Origin: Octopus sinensis
Taxonomy: Eukaryota
DNA length: 64,000 nucleotides
NCBI RefSeq assembly: GCF_006345805.1
Contig: NC_043005.1
Span: 48,298,001-48,362,000 of the forward strand
Direction: 5' to 3'
Shown: one piece after another, positions 27,064 through 39,684 of the stretch
Numbering within the stretch: the stretch's first letter is position 1
Layout: every line of letters begins with the position of its first letter
Made by a program: the position numbers and the translations under genes
The notes under the pieces: generated by a model
Told to the model about the DNA's origin: nothing
Seen by the model: only the letters and a program-made list of their open reading frames with translations
The model's database searches: none

Positions 27064-27995
27064 TAATATATATATATATAAGGGTGAAAAATTTGATATT
27101 AATTTAATAATACCATCAATTTAATACCAAGTGGCTTTGCACATAAAAACCAAGGGAAAAATACAAATTTATACATAAATATTAGAGACCATTATTAGAG
27201 ACCACTATGTGGTTCACTGTAGTGCTAAAAATAGCTCCGCTAATGGTATAGCCACTAAAAGTTGTTTCCAAGAAGAAATACCACTACATTTAACGTAAGG
27301 TAAGTGAAACACAACGAAAAAATAGATTAACCCTGAACAATTGTTTCATTATTAATGTAATATGCAATTTTACTTACACAACATCCATAAATCTTCAGCA
27401 GAGGTTTGTCTTGAATACAATTTATTAAGTCGCAGCGAGCGTCAAATACACGTGCGGTTTAATCGATTGTATTCGTAGTTATGATTCAAATTTCCCCGCC
27501 AAAAGAGCGATAAGACTCTAATATTTATGTATATATATATATAATTTATAACTGTTTTACTTCCTCACCTATCCCTTTGTTAGCATTAATGATAATTAAT
27601 TCCTTGAACTTAGATCCAGCACATTAATTGATATGAAACAAAATATGTTTATGATTTATATTTATTTTAACGGGCATACCAAGCTAATTTCATCTAGTAT
27701 TGGTCTTCCGTACATTCTTTATATAAAGAGTAAATTTTGTTGGTATACTTAAAGCTCAAAGACTGAGGCACCCATGGTTTCCTAGTTTTCTATATCCACG
27801 CGGGTCTGTGAATATATAATTGTACAATGCGTACCATACATATTGGTGCAGATATGCATAATAATCTACTATACATTGAAATCATTATTGTATGATGAAG
27901 GGTGCGAAACGGCCGTAATACTAAAAGATATAGTTACCACCCATACATCTTAACACTCTGTTTATATATGTATATACACCTACATACACACAAAC

Positions 27996-28074
<79 letters not shown>

Positions 28075-28290
28075 TAAAGTTAATCCAAACATGAAAACAC
28101 AAAGAGAAAACACAACAACGGGAGAACGTGGAACAACTATAGTATTATTGGACGCTCAGGAAAGAAGGAAAGCAGGAGGGTTTAACGTTTCGAGCGGGGC
28201 TCTTCGTCAGAAACATAGGAAAAGGAAGATCTAAAGAAAGGAAGACGGAGGAAAAGAAATCGCCAACAGTACACACGCGGTCACATTTTG
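28075..28290 (-). mobile_element. Short Penelope-LTR-like element carrying a hammerhead motif
   Basis: Contains the motif at 28180-28214; flanked by (TA)n; flank similar to the elements at 40133 and 54497. Confidence 0.55.
28180..28214 (-). ncRNA. Minimal type-I hammerhead ribozyme
   Basis: GUUU CUGACGA A GAGC-ccc-GCUC GAAA CGU U AAAC: canonical core, 4-bp stems I and II, palindromic ACGU stem III. Confidence 0.7.
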
Positions 28291-28353
28291 ATTAATGTAA
28301 TATAATTAATATATATATTATATATATATATATATTATAATATATATATACAC

Positions 28354-28395
<42 letters not shown>

Positions 28396-28630
28396 GAGAG
28401 AGAGATCAATTATATATATATATACATATATATACATATACATATATGTACTTATACATATACATACATGTATATATTATGCCTTAATATACAATATATT
28501 TATGTATAAATATATATACCATTAAAGGCATGAAACTGAGTATTAGTATCTTGGTCGATAACTGATGAAGAATTAGGGTCCTTCTGTGTCTATAATTCGT
28601 GTTCGTTTTCTAGTATTTAATGCATTTTTC

Positions 28631-28661
<31 letters not shown>

Positions 28662-28668
28662 ATATATA

Positions 28669-28703
<35 letters not shown>

Positions 28704-29479
28704 TATATGTGATGCATAAATATCCACACACACAACACACACTATATATATATATATAATATATATTATACGTATATATATTATGTATAAATATATGTAT
28801 ACATTCATTCATACATACATACGTATATAGACATCTCTGTCTGTATGTATCTATATGTGTGTGTGCGTGTGTGTGTGTGTGTGTGCATGTATTCCGTCGT
28901 AAAACCAATACGAAAGAAAACAAGTAAAATCCGACTTTGTAACTAAAGAGGTTTAACTTCTAAAAATGAAAATATGGCGGCAAATTATCAAATGTAATTG
29001 CCTGGAATATGTCACAGGGGAATTCAGAAATCCGAATTTATTCTCCCAGTAGTCTTCATCATAAAGATTTATGAAACAGGAACAAAGCCACAACTTTTGA
29101 AAGAAAGAATAGTCAGTTAAGTGAATTGACCTCACTAATTGACTGCTGTTTATTTTTGTGACCTCGACAGGATGAAAGAGAAAGTTGATATCGGTTGGAT
29201 TTGAACTCAAAAGATAGGTGGTCGTAACTAAACACAAGAAGATATTTAATACGACATTTACTGCTTTAATAATGGTAGGTACACTGTCTGAAATTTGAAA
29301 GAGGAAGTTAATCGATGCCTTCAACACCCGTGTCTGAACTGTGCTTTACTCTATTGACCTCGAATGTATAAAGGGCAAAGTTAACTTCGACGTGATTTGA
29401 ACTGGAAGAAATACTGCATAGCGACTCCCCGATGTTTCTGACGATTCTACCAACTTGTCACTGGCGTTTTGTTGTTTTA

Positions 29480-30472
29480 CTAATGATTGTTTTAATGATT
29501 TTGATGGTGGATACTTGTCGATTACATCGAGCTCAGTGTTTCACTGGAAGTTAATTTATCGACTCAGAAAGGATGAAAGGAAAAGTCAACCTCAGCGGAA
29601 GTTGAACTCAGGACCGTAACGCCAGACGAAATACCTATTTCTATTTCTTTCACGTTGCTCCAGTTCACTCAGCTGTAGAAATGAGTTGCGACGTCACAGG
29701 TGCCAAGCTGTATCGGCCCTTGCCTTTCCCTTGGACAACATCGGTGACGTGGAGAGGGGAGGCCGGTATGCATGGGCGACAGCTGGTCTTCCATAAAACA
29801 ACCTTGCCCAGACTTGTGCCTCAGAGGGTAACTCTCTAGGTGCAAACCCATGGTCAGTGTCTGACCGAAGGGGGTCACCATCATCACTACCCACAAGGGG
29901 CTAAGCACAGAGGGGACAAACAAGGACAGACAAACGGATTAAGTCGATTATATCGACCCCAGTGCGTAACTGGTACTTATTTAATCGACCCCGAAAGGAT
30001 GAAAGGCAAAGTCGACCTCGGTGGAATTTGAACTCAGAACGTAGCGGCAGACGAAAAACCTATTTCTTTACTACTCACAAGGGGTTAAACACAGAGGGGA
30101 CAAGTAAGGACAGACAAACGGATTAAGTCGATTACATCGACCCCAGTAACTGGTACTTAATTTATCGATCCCGAAAGGATGAAAGGCAAAGTCGACCTCG
30201 GCGGAATTTGAACTCAGAACGTAACGGCAGACGAAATACCTATTTCTTTACTACCCACAAGGGGATAAACACAAAGAGGGCAAATAAGGACAGACAAACA
30301 GATTAAGTCGATTATATCGACCCCAGTGCGTGACTGGTACTTATTTAATCGACCCCGAAAGGATGAAAGGCAAAGTCGACCTCGGCGGAATTTGAACTCA
30401 GTACGTAACGGCAGACGAAATACCGCTAAGCATTTCGCCCGGCGTGCTAACGATCCTGCCAGCTCGCCACCT
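29480..30472 (-). mobile_element. SINE A tetramer (head + 3 A1 bodies + A2 body) interrupted by a SINE D
   Basis: Identical-type junctions at 30240/1, 30060/1 and 29635/6; a single head at 30420-30472. Confidence 0.85.
29651..29880 (+). mobile_element. 5'-truncated SINE with C-type core and a different (D) tail
   Basis: gttgctccagttcactcagctgtagaaatgag (C core) followed by ggtgccaagctgtatcggcc...tgaccgaagggggtc; splits the A1 tail ctatttcttt|actacccac. Confidence 0.65.
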
Positions 30473-30954
30473 TAATAACGATGCAGTAATAATAACATTA
30501 TTAAAATAAAGAACTACTGGAAAGCAGCAATCGGCGAGCTGGTGGAATAGTAAGCACATCCGGCAAAATCTTTAGTGACGTTTTGTCCGTCTTTTATGTT
30601 CTGAGCTCAAACACCACCGAGGTCTTTTGCTTTTTATCCTTTCGGGATCCATAAATTAAGTACCATTTGAACACTGGAATCAATGTAATCGAGTTTCCAG
30701 TCACTCAAGGATTATTATTAAGGGGCATGCTGGCATAATCGTTAGCACGCAGTAAAAATGCTTAGCTGCATTTCTTCGAACACTTTGCTGTCGGATTTCA
30801 AATTCCGTCGAGGTCAACTTTGCCCTTTCATTCTTTCGGGGTTAACAAAATAATTACCAGTTGAGTACTGGGGTCGATGTAATCGACTTACCCCTTCCCC
30901 GTTATTGCTGGCCTTGTGCCAAAATTAGAAAAAACATTATTATTCATATTTGAA

Positions 30955-31405
30955 CATCTGGAGCACTTAGATGTTAAACGGTTCTGGCATTTCCGCCAGG
31001 AAGCTGTCAAAACAAGTTGACATAGATTTGTAACTGCTTCTCCTCCTTCTCTTTACATAGACAAGGCTTTTCCTTAAAATCTTAGCTCTTCCAAAAAATA
31101 TTGTCTTCTGCATGATCTGTAACCTTGCAGGAATTCTGATATTATTGATAGAGTCCTCCAAACATTCCGATATTCATCCCAACGCTCCGATCACCACTAG
31201 AATCGCTAAAATCTTCTTCATTCCCCACAACTTTCCAGCCACCTCCTTCAGTGGCTCATCCTTCTCCATCTTTTCATGCTTTTTATCTTCCACGCTACTA
31301 TCTCTTGTGATAGTGATATCGATAATTTGGGCCTTTTTTTCTTTCTTTCTGACGACGATAACAGTTTTCTTGCTTCAATCATTTTATGACATTGAATGGT
31401 GATAT
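30955..31405 (-). mobile_element. R4/Dong-clade LINE 3' fragment (RLE domain)
   Basis: With frameshifts: IQCHKMIEAR...KKEKKAQIIDITI...GKLWGMKK...VVIGALG...QKTIFFGRAKILRKSL. Confidence 0.8.
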
Positions 31406-31544
31406 TTAAGCTTCGATTCTGCCAGCTCACCGCATTAGGGGTCATAGATAATGAAGCCCTATATAATAAAGTAGCTTCTTCGATAGAACACAGTATAGTT
31501 TTAAAAAAGGCACTTTCTGTACCGAAAGAAAACAGTAGAAACTT

Positions 31545-31740
31545 CACATACAATATTATATGAATATTACATAGAATATATGAATATTATATATTTAATA
31601 TAATTATAATGTATATATGTTATAATATATGAATATTATATATTAAATATGGTTATAATATATGAATATAATATATTGAATATATTATAATATATGAATA
31701 TTATATATTAAATATAACTACAATATGAATATTAAGTATG
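31545..31740. repeat. AT-rich minisatellite (core taatatatgaatattatat)
   Basis: Core repeated several times with variation. Confidence 0.7.
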
Positions 31741-32689
31741 AATTATTATACATAGATAATCTTATATATGTAGAATATTATATACGATTGCTAAAAGAAG
31801 GAATAGCCATGAACAGAATGCTTTTGATGATAGGTTTGCTGATCAACTCGTTCAATGTTAACCCGGTGCTAAGCCACAACTGGACAACAAAAGCGATAAT
31901 ATACAGCTAAAGAATTTTACTTTCGCCACAAATGAAATTACGAGTTTCGTAGTGCATGGCAAACGATCTCATCAAATTCGCCCATAATATTGATAAACTA
32001 CGGCTTTGACAAATAAGGGAAGCAGCTGAATCGATCTATAGAGCAGGAATCTCAAAGCTGTCATATATTGTGTTCCTATGTGATGCTGCATAAAACGAAT
32101 AAAACTGTCAAGATCTTCCTAGATTATATTTTTATGTGTCGTCTTAGAAGTCGTTTTTGTGTTGTTTATAACTAATTATTATTCAGATATTTTCTAATAT
32201 TTCCTGCTCTGTGCATTCTCCATGGACACAAAGGTGTGTCTTCTACTAATTTCAAATTTGATTTGTCGTAATTTCCCTACTTGTACCAATGACCTTGTTC
32301 TTATTAGCAGCTAGAGTGGAAACAGAGCTTATACGGTTGGAAATGGAAATGGAGCTTATATGTTATATGTTTACTCAAGAAGTAGTTTACTGAGTTTTGT
32401 AATTGATTGGCCCAAAGCGTAAACAATAGCGGCTACATTTTTGACAATAACATTATATACGAAGGACTGACCACTTTTCTTCTAGGACCATAAGTGTCTC
32501 TTTAAATTAAGACCATGACGATGTAATGGTTGTTTCTTTTAAGAACTTACGAAAGAAAAATCATGGCCACACAACCTGCTAAAAATAGCTGCTAAATTTG
32601 TTTGAATATCACCTAATCACCTTAAAACAGGAAATAAAAAACACATTGGACAGTATAGTGCCTGATGTAGGTATGTATGTCATTATGTA

Positions 32690-33932
32690 GTTTATTGTCA
32701 ATAGAGAAAGAACCGGTTTCTAACCTATATCCAAGGCTCCTTCATTGGAATTTCAACATTAACAACAGGGTATTTTTGTTTGTATGTTTATATGTATGTA
32801 TGTATGTAAATATGCATGTATGCATGTATGTATGTGCAGATTTGTGTTTTATGTATGCATTCTCATGCATATAGTTGCATATCTAGACATGCACATATAT
32901 ATTTAAATGATAAACTTCTGGAAAGTTTTACAGATTTTTACAGTTCCAGTGATGGATTGGATCTGTGGTCTTCGAATTAGCTTTCTCCTTTCTGGTTTTG
33001 AGAAGCCTAATTTCTCAAGATTGTTATCTAGGCAGTGTATTACTCATCTCTTGGCTCCAATAATTACAGGTGTAATCTGGATAGAGTAGCTGCAGATTTC
33101 TCAATAGTTCAGCATAGGTGTTCTCTTTTTCACTGATCTTCAGCTTTATGTTAACACCTGCTGGGCAGTTAATTTCCACAACTGTGCACAGTTTCTCTTC
33201 TCTATTACAAATCATTATATCAGGTCTGTTGTGCTTACATTTTATTGAGGTCTTCAGTGGTACATTCCACCAGTATTCCTTTTCATTATGAGTGGCTATC
33301 GCTTCTACCATATTGTGGGTTTTTATTTCTTTTTCCTCGGGATTATCCTTCCGGCGGATTTCATTATAGAGTGCCCTAGCTACAACATCATGTCTCATCG
33401 GCAGATACAACCATGATGACATTTCGGACAACTGCTTATGATGTGGGGGATATCTTCAGTGTGAACTCCACAAAAAAATGCATCGATTGTCACATTTTAC
33501 TGCTTTTCCTGCATCTCTATCCATTTTATGCATCAGGTATTTGGTTGATATTTCCTGTTCATGGATTGCAAATGCATACCCTTCAAAATGGGAGGTAGTA
33601 ATCCGGCTATTGGTCCATGATAAACTGTTTTGATGATCGATGTCCAAGCATAGTCTTCTGTTCATATACGCTCATCCTTTCAGCTGATGATACGTTGCGG
33701 TAGAGTCGTACGACTTCTTTGGGCATGTATTCTAGGTTATCAGGCAAAGAGTGTTGCTCAAGGAGCTGCCTTCCAAGTCTTATGATGTTATCAGTCTCAT
33801 GTATGGTTAAGGGATATCCTTCGACACTTGGCGGTTAGAAGATGTTGCCGAAGGGATATGACGCGACATTCAAAGGCATTTTGGATTGATTTTAAGCCTC
33901 TGCCGCCTTGTTTTCGTTTTGGGTAGAGGCAG
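32690..33932 (-). mobile_element. 5'-truncated R4/Dong-clade LINE (zinc knuckle + RLE), frameshifted
   Basis: KRKQGGRGLKSI; SHFEGYAFAIHEQEI; CCHC knuckle CIFCGVHTEDIPHIISSC; RHD...HNRPD...E; C-terminus GTVKICKTFQKFII* followed by a 3' UTR. Confidence 0.9.
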
Positions 33933-33942
33933 TACATGTATG

Positions 33943-33973
<31 letters not shown>

Positions 33974-34029
33974 CTATACATGTAGGTACGTGTTTATGTA
34001 TTTATGTATAAATGCCTATGTGAAAAACC

Positions 34030-34580
<551 letters not shown>

Positions 34581-35203
34581 ATAAGTATATTATATTTTAT
34601 TATTTCTCAGTAACACCGCACAACTCAGATGAGCGATATTCCTGCGAGAAGATACCACGAGGCATCTCTTTACTCACTGTCAAAGAATTCCAAATATTTA
34701 AGACCATAACGATGTGATAATTGTAAGAACGAAAGAAACTTCATGGTCACTCAACCTGCTAAAAATAGCAGCTAAATCCGTTTTGGGAAGTATACTGCCT
34801 GGTGTATGTATGTATGTATGTATGTATGTATGTATGTATGTATGATGTATGTATGTATGTGTGTATGTTACTATACATGTAGATACGTGTATATGTGTTT
34901 ATGTATAAATGCGTATATGTATATATATATGTATGTGTTCATATGCATGTGTATATATGTGTGTGTGTGTATTTATACATACATACATATACATACACAT
35001 ATATATACATACATGCACATACATGCATATACATACACACACACACACATACGCACACATAGTAGTGCCGAATGAAAGGCGCTCATTTTCATCCTTCGAC
35101 CTTTACGTATGTGTGTGAGTGTGTGTGTGTGTGCGTGAGTGCGTACGTCCGTGCGTGCGATCGTGTGTACGTTTGTATGTGTGTGTGTGTGTGTGCGTGC
35201 ATA

Positions 35204-35238
<35 letters not shown>

Positions 35239-35639
35239 TGTGTGAAGAGGATGATCATAGCTGGGACGCCTCTGATCATAGGTGAACTCAATCTGAAAAA
35301 CATAAGGCCTCGACATCAACAACAATAACAATAAATCGAATGGATTTCATTACAGGGCTTATCAATTACATAAGAATCGTATCTAAACATAGCATATTGA
35401 TTTCTAATATAGACACAACGCCACATGTTTTGGTAAAGAGTTGTAGTTGGTTTAATCGATCTGTGACACTTAAATGCTACTTATATTATCGAATCCTAAG
35501 GGCAAACTCATCTTCACAATTTTATCCGTCGCTTCCCCGGTTCTGTCACTCAGCGCTCTCTTCTTCGCAATTTAATAATGAATATGTTTTATTGGAATTT
35601 CTAAGCTTATTAATTAACATTATTATAAACTGATATTAA

Positions 35640-36250
35640 GGTGGCGAGCAAGGTTGCAAGCTGGCAGAATCGTTAACGTGCTGGACAAAATGCGTAGCAG
35701 ATTTCGTCTGCTTTTTTTTTTTTTACGTTCGGAGTTCAAATTCCGCCAAGGCTTATTTCGTCTTTCATCCTTTATCGGTCGATAAAATAAGCACCCGTTG
35801 ATGTAATCGGCTTGACCTCTGTTCCGAACTTGCTGGCCTTGTGCCAAAATTTGAAGCCAACATTAAGGCAGCGAGCTGGCAGAATCTTTAGGACACCAGA
35901 CAAAAAAATGCATAACGGAATTTCGTGCGTCTTTACGCTCGGAGTTCAAATTCAGCTGAGGTCGACTTTGCTTTTCTTCTTTCAGAATTGATAAATTAAG
36001 TACCAAAATTTCAAGACTTGTGTCTATACTAGAAAGTATTAGCACAAACTGATATTAAGGTGGCGGCTGACAGACTCTTTAGCACATCGGGAAAATATTT
36101 CACAGCATTTCTTTCGATTCATTACGTTATGAGTTCAAATTTTGCCGAAGTAAGCTTTTCCTTTCATCTTTTGGTGGTCAGTAAACTGAAGTAGTAATCA
36201 AATGCTGAGATCGATGTAATCTGCTATGACCTTCCTGCCAAAATTTGAAA
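35640..36250 (+). mobile_element. Three head-to-tail SINE A2 copies
   Basis: Heads at about 35640, 35866 and 36059, each preceded by attaagg. Confidence 0.75.
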
Positions 36251-36787
36251 GGAATGTTATACATCCGGACTAACGTTTAGTTAGCTCAACGAGTCTAGTA
36301 TAGAGATAAATACAATATGGGGGAAAATAATTAGCAAAAGAATAAAGTTTTTAATTGCCCCTCTATCACTTTCCCATAGGTTAACGCTTATATTCACTAG
36401 CCCATTGAACTACGGAGGAATAGTGAATTGATTGATTTAGTTTAATTGGTGGACGTGAGTTCAATCCTGGGTCAGTCAATGTATTTATGTTTATACTCTG
36501 GCTCAAGAAGAATGAGCAAACAGCATCACATGTTGGAGAATCTATATATTAATACGCTAATTCTGAAATACACTACGCTACCACGGGATAAATTGAAGAG
36601 AAAAGCGAAAAGCGAGAGAGAGAACGAAGGAGAGAGAAAAAGTGAGGTAGAAGTGTTGACAAGAGGTAGGGGGAACATGATAGTTATTACATGGTTAAAA
36701 AGTTAGTTGAAGGGAGTGATATAGAGAAAGAGAGTTAGAAATACAATGTTTTGCAGAAGGATTATGTTCTGGTGGTGAGATCAAATA

Positions 36788-36833
<46 letters not shown>

Positions 36834-37139
36834 GAGAAAGATAGTAGTAACGTTGCTGCCAGCTGATGCTTTAATCTGTAAGTTGGTTAGTGGAAGTGTG
36901 AGGTGAAGAGAAAGAGAAAGAGAGAAAGGATAACGACATGAAGAGGGGAATGGCACGGTTAAAAAGTTTGTTGAAGTTAAAGATAGAGAGAAAAAGGGAG
37001 AGAAAACTTTGATCTCAGACAAAAGGCTGAGGAGCAATAAATTCGATCTCAGACAAAAGGCTGAGGAGCGATAAATAAAGAAATATAAAAAGTTTAGATG
37101 AAAGGAATTTTTAGCATCATATAGTGAGCTCAAATTTTG

Positions 37140-37730
37140 GCACTAAGCCAGCAAATTCAGAGGAGGGATTAAGTCGATTATATCGACCCTAGTATTCAAC
37201 TGGTACTTATTCCATCAAGTCCTAAAGGATGAAAGGCTAAGTCTACCTCGGTGGAATTTGAACTTAGAACGTAAAGTCAGAGGAGATGGCGCTAAGCATT
37301 TTGCCCGGCATGCTAACGATTCTGCCAGGTCCACTACCTGTCAAATAGTTGCCAGCAGACAGCTACAAAGAATCGAACCTCGTGATGAACTGTTACTTAT
37401 TTTGTCGACACCGAAGGGAGGAGAGACAACGTTGACCTGTGCATCATTTGAACTCAGAACATAAAGAGCCGTAAGAAATATTGCTAAGCGTTTTGTGCAA
37501 ACGCGCTAACGCTTCTGCCAGGTTGCTGTGTTAATAAATGATCCTTTCCACAAGACGCACAAGGCCTGAAATCTTTTGGTGGAGAGAGGCATAATCGATA
37601 ACTGCTAATTTTATCGACCTCAAAAAAGATGAAAAGCAAACTCGAACTCAGCAGCATTCGAACTCGCAACATAAAGAGCCGGAAGAAATGGCGCTTAGTT
37701 TTGTGGCCAACGAGTTAACGACTCTGTCAA
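37140..37730 (-). mobile_element. Cluster of degraded SINE A2 copies
   Basis: Repeated aaaggatgaaaggc...tttgaactcagaac...gctaagc blocks. Confidence 0.6.
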
Positions 37731-37820
37731 CCCAACCCACACCACGTGGTATTAAAATTGAGCATTTTAAACTATGCAGCAATATGTATATGTGTGTATG
37801 TATGCATGCATGTACGTATA

Positions 37821-37874
<54 letters not shown>

Positions 37875-39643
37875 AGTACATTCGTGCATATATCAGATGT
37901 AAAGTTTATGTCAAAAGTTTCCCAGTGTCTTTTCCGTCTTTCTATGTCTGCCTCACTTTGTTCAGACCCAACCTTTGTTTCATTCACATTCTCATACATC
38001 GCATGTATATAAGCTTGTATGAAAATACAAATGTGTAATGTTTATTTGCAAATGCGTATGTTAAAAGTCTATATCGATATACATACATAAGTACACATAC
38101 CTGAATATATCCATACATGTATGTATGTACGCATGTATTTTGTATTTTGTTTGCTTCTTTACCGCAGTCGTGTAAATATTTGAATGTTATAAACATGGAA
38201 CTCAACTAATAAAATAATACTTCTCCTATTTTGGGACTTTAATTTGGCCTCTTTGGCCCCGTGCACATCTTTTGTTTGTTATGGAAGAAACTTACGGCAA
38301 ATATTTACGTCTCTATAACTTTTCAGGTTTGCTCTGGCAAAGTAAATATGTTACACGCGTCATTTTCTATTTTTTTTTTATATATATATTGTTTGGTTCA
38401 TGTAAGTGTCTATATTTATCCATCACTATCCACTTGTAGACAAAAGTATAGATTCTAGTTATAAAAGTGTATAATTCTGTATTAAATTGTTGTTGTATTC
38501 ATGTGTGGATATATTTGCTTGCAGAAATTTCAACGAGTCTTTTTTTTTTATTTTTATTGACCTTCGACATAGAAGGATTGGTTGGTGAATGAAAATGGCA
38601 GAAATCAAAAGTCATTTTGTGTAAATTCATTGATTTGTTGTTGGCCTGACTTTCAAGCAGCTTCAGTTTTCTTTTTGATGAAAAGCAGACAATATCTCGG
38701 CTCTATCCGTGACACACAAATGTGTCCTTTTTTATGCAATAAATGAGCAAATCGAGGAGATTATGAGAAAATATATGAGAAAAAGATTTCCCGTATTGCA
38801 ATTTTCTCTTTTATTTCTTTGTTATACAGATATTTCTTCCTTTCTTCCGATAAGTCAAAGAAAATAAGAAAGAGAAAAAGTGTTAAAAAGGGCAGAAAAA
38901 AAGGGAAGGAGTTAAAGGTCAACCACAAATCATTTATAAGTTCTTGTTATCAGTAAAGATTTAAGGTTTTCCATTGGACCAGATAGTCTCATTTATCATA
39001 TAATTTTGTGCCCCTTGAATGTTTCTACTTATAGAATCTTCTCTGTATAAATTATTCTTCCTTTATTTGAATATTTGCCACAAGATAAGGCTATGAGTTA
39101 GGCAAAACGAAATGCCCTCGGACTAAATTCCTTACAGTATTTATCTTAGACATCCTCTGTTCTCAGTTTGAATCTCACTAAGGTTAGTATAGGTATAAAA
39201 TTATCCGTTGCAGTTTCGTTCAGTGATTTACACTACCTCTATATAAGTTAGTGTTGAGATAGTGTTAGTATATTTAATATAATATAAATTAAGTAATCTA
39301 AGTAAAATTACTAATGCGGTGAGGAAGTGACATAAGTGACTAACATTACTTTAACCATTTAAAACATTGAAAACAGATACATCCGCTCGAAATTTTATTA
39401 TCATTAACTGCTGAATGCGGCTTTTAACCGTCCGCTTTCAAACAAATTCCCTCTTATGCTACAAGAAGAGAAGACACATCCAGTGACACTTTTATTAAGC
39501 GGCGGCCGCGTGGTAAGAAGCTTACCACATAGTTCTGGATTTAGTCTTACTGCGTGACACATGGGTAAGTGTCCTCTACTATAGCCCCAGGCCAACCAGA
39601 GACTTGTGAGTTGATTTGGTAGACGGAAACTGAAAGAAGCCCG

Positions 39644-39679
<36 letters not shown>

Positions 39680-39684
<5 letters not shown>

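Noticed and set aside
28558-28610. CTGATGAAG followed by gaatta...taattc as a hammerhead
   Set aside because: No GAAA or stem III follows.
29886-30472. Regular about 180-bp repeat array (CRISPR-like periodicity)
   Set aside because: Units are SINE bodies with no unique spacers; eukaryotic context and no cas genes.
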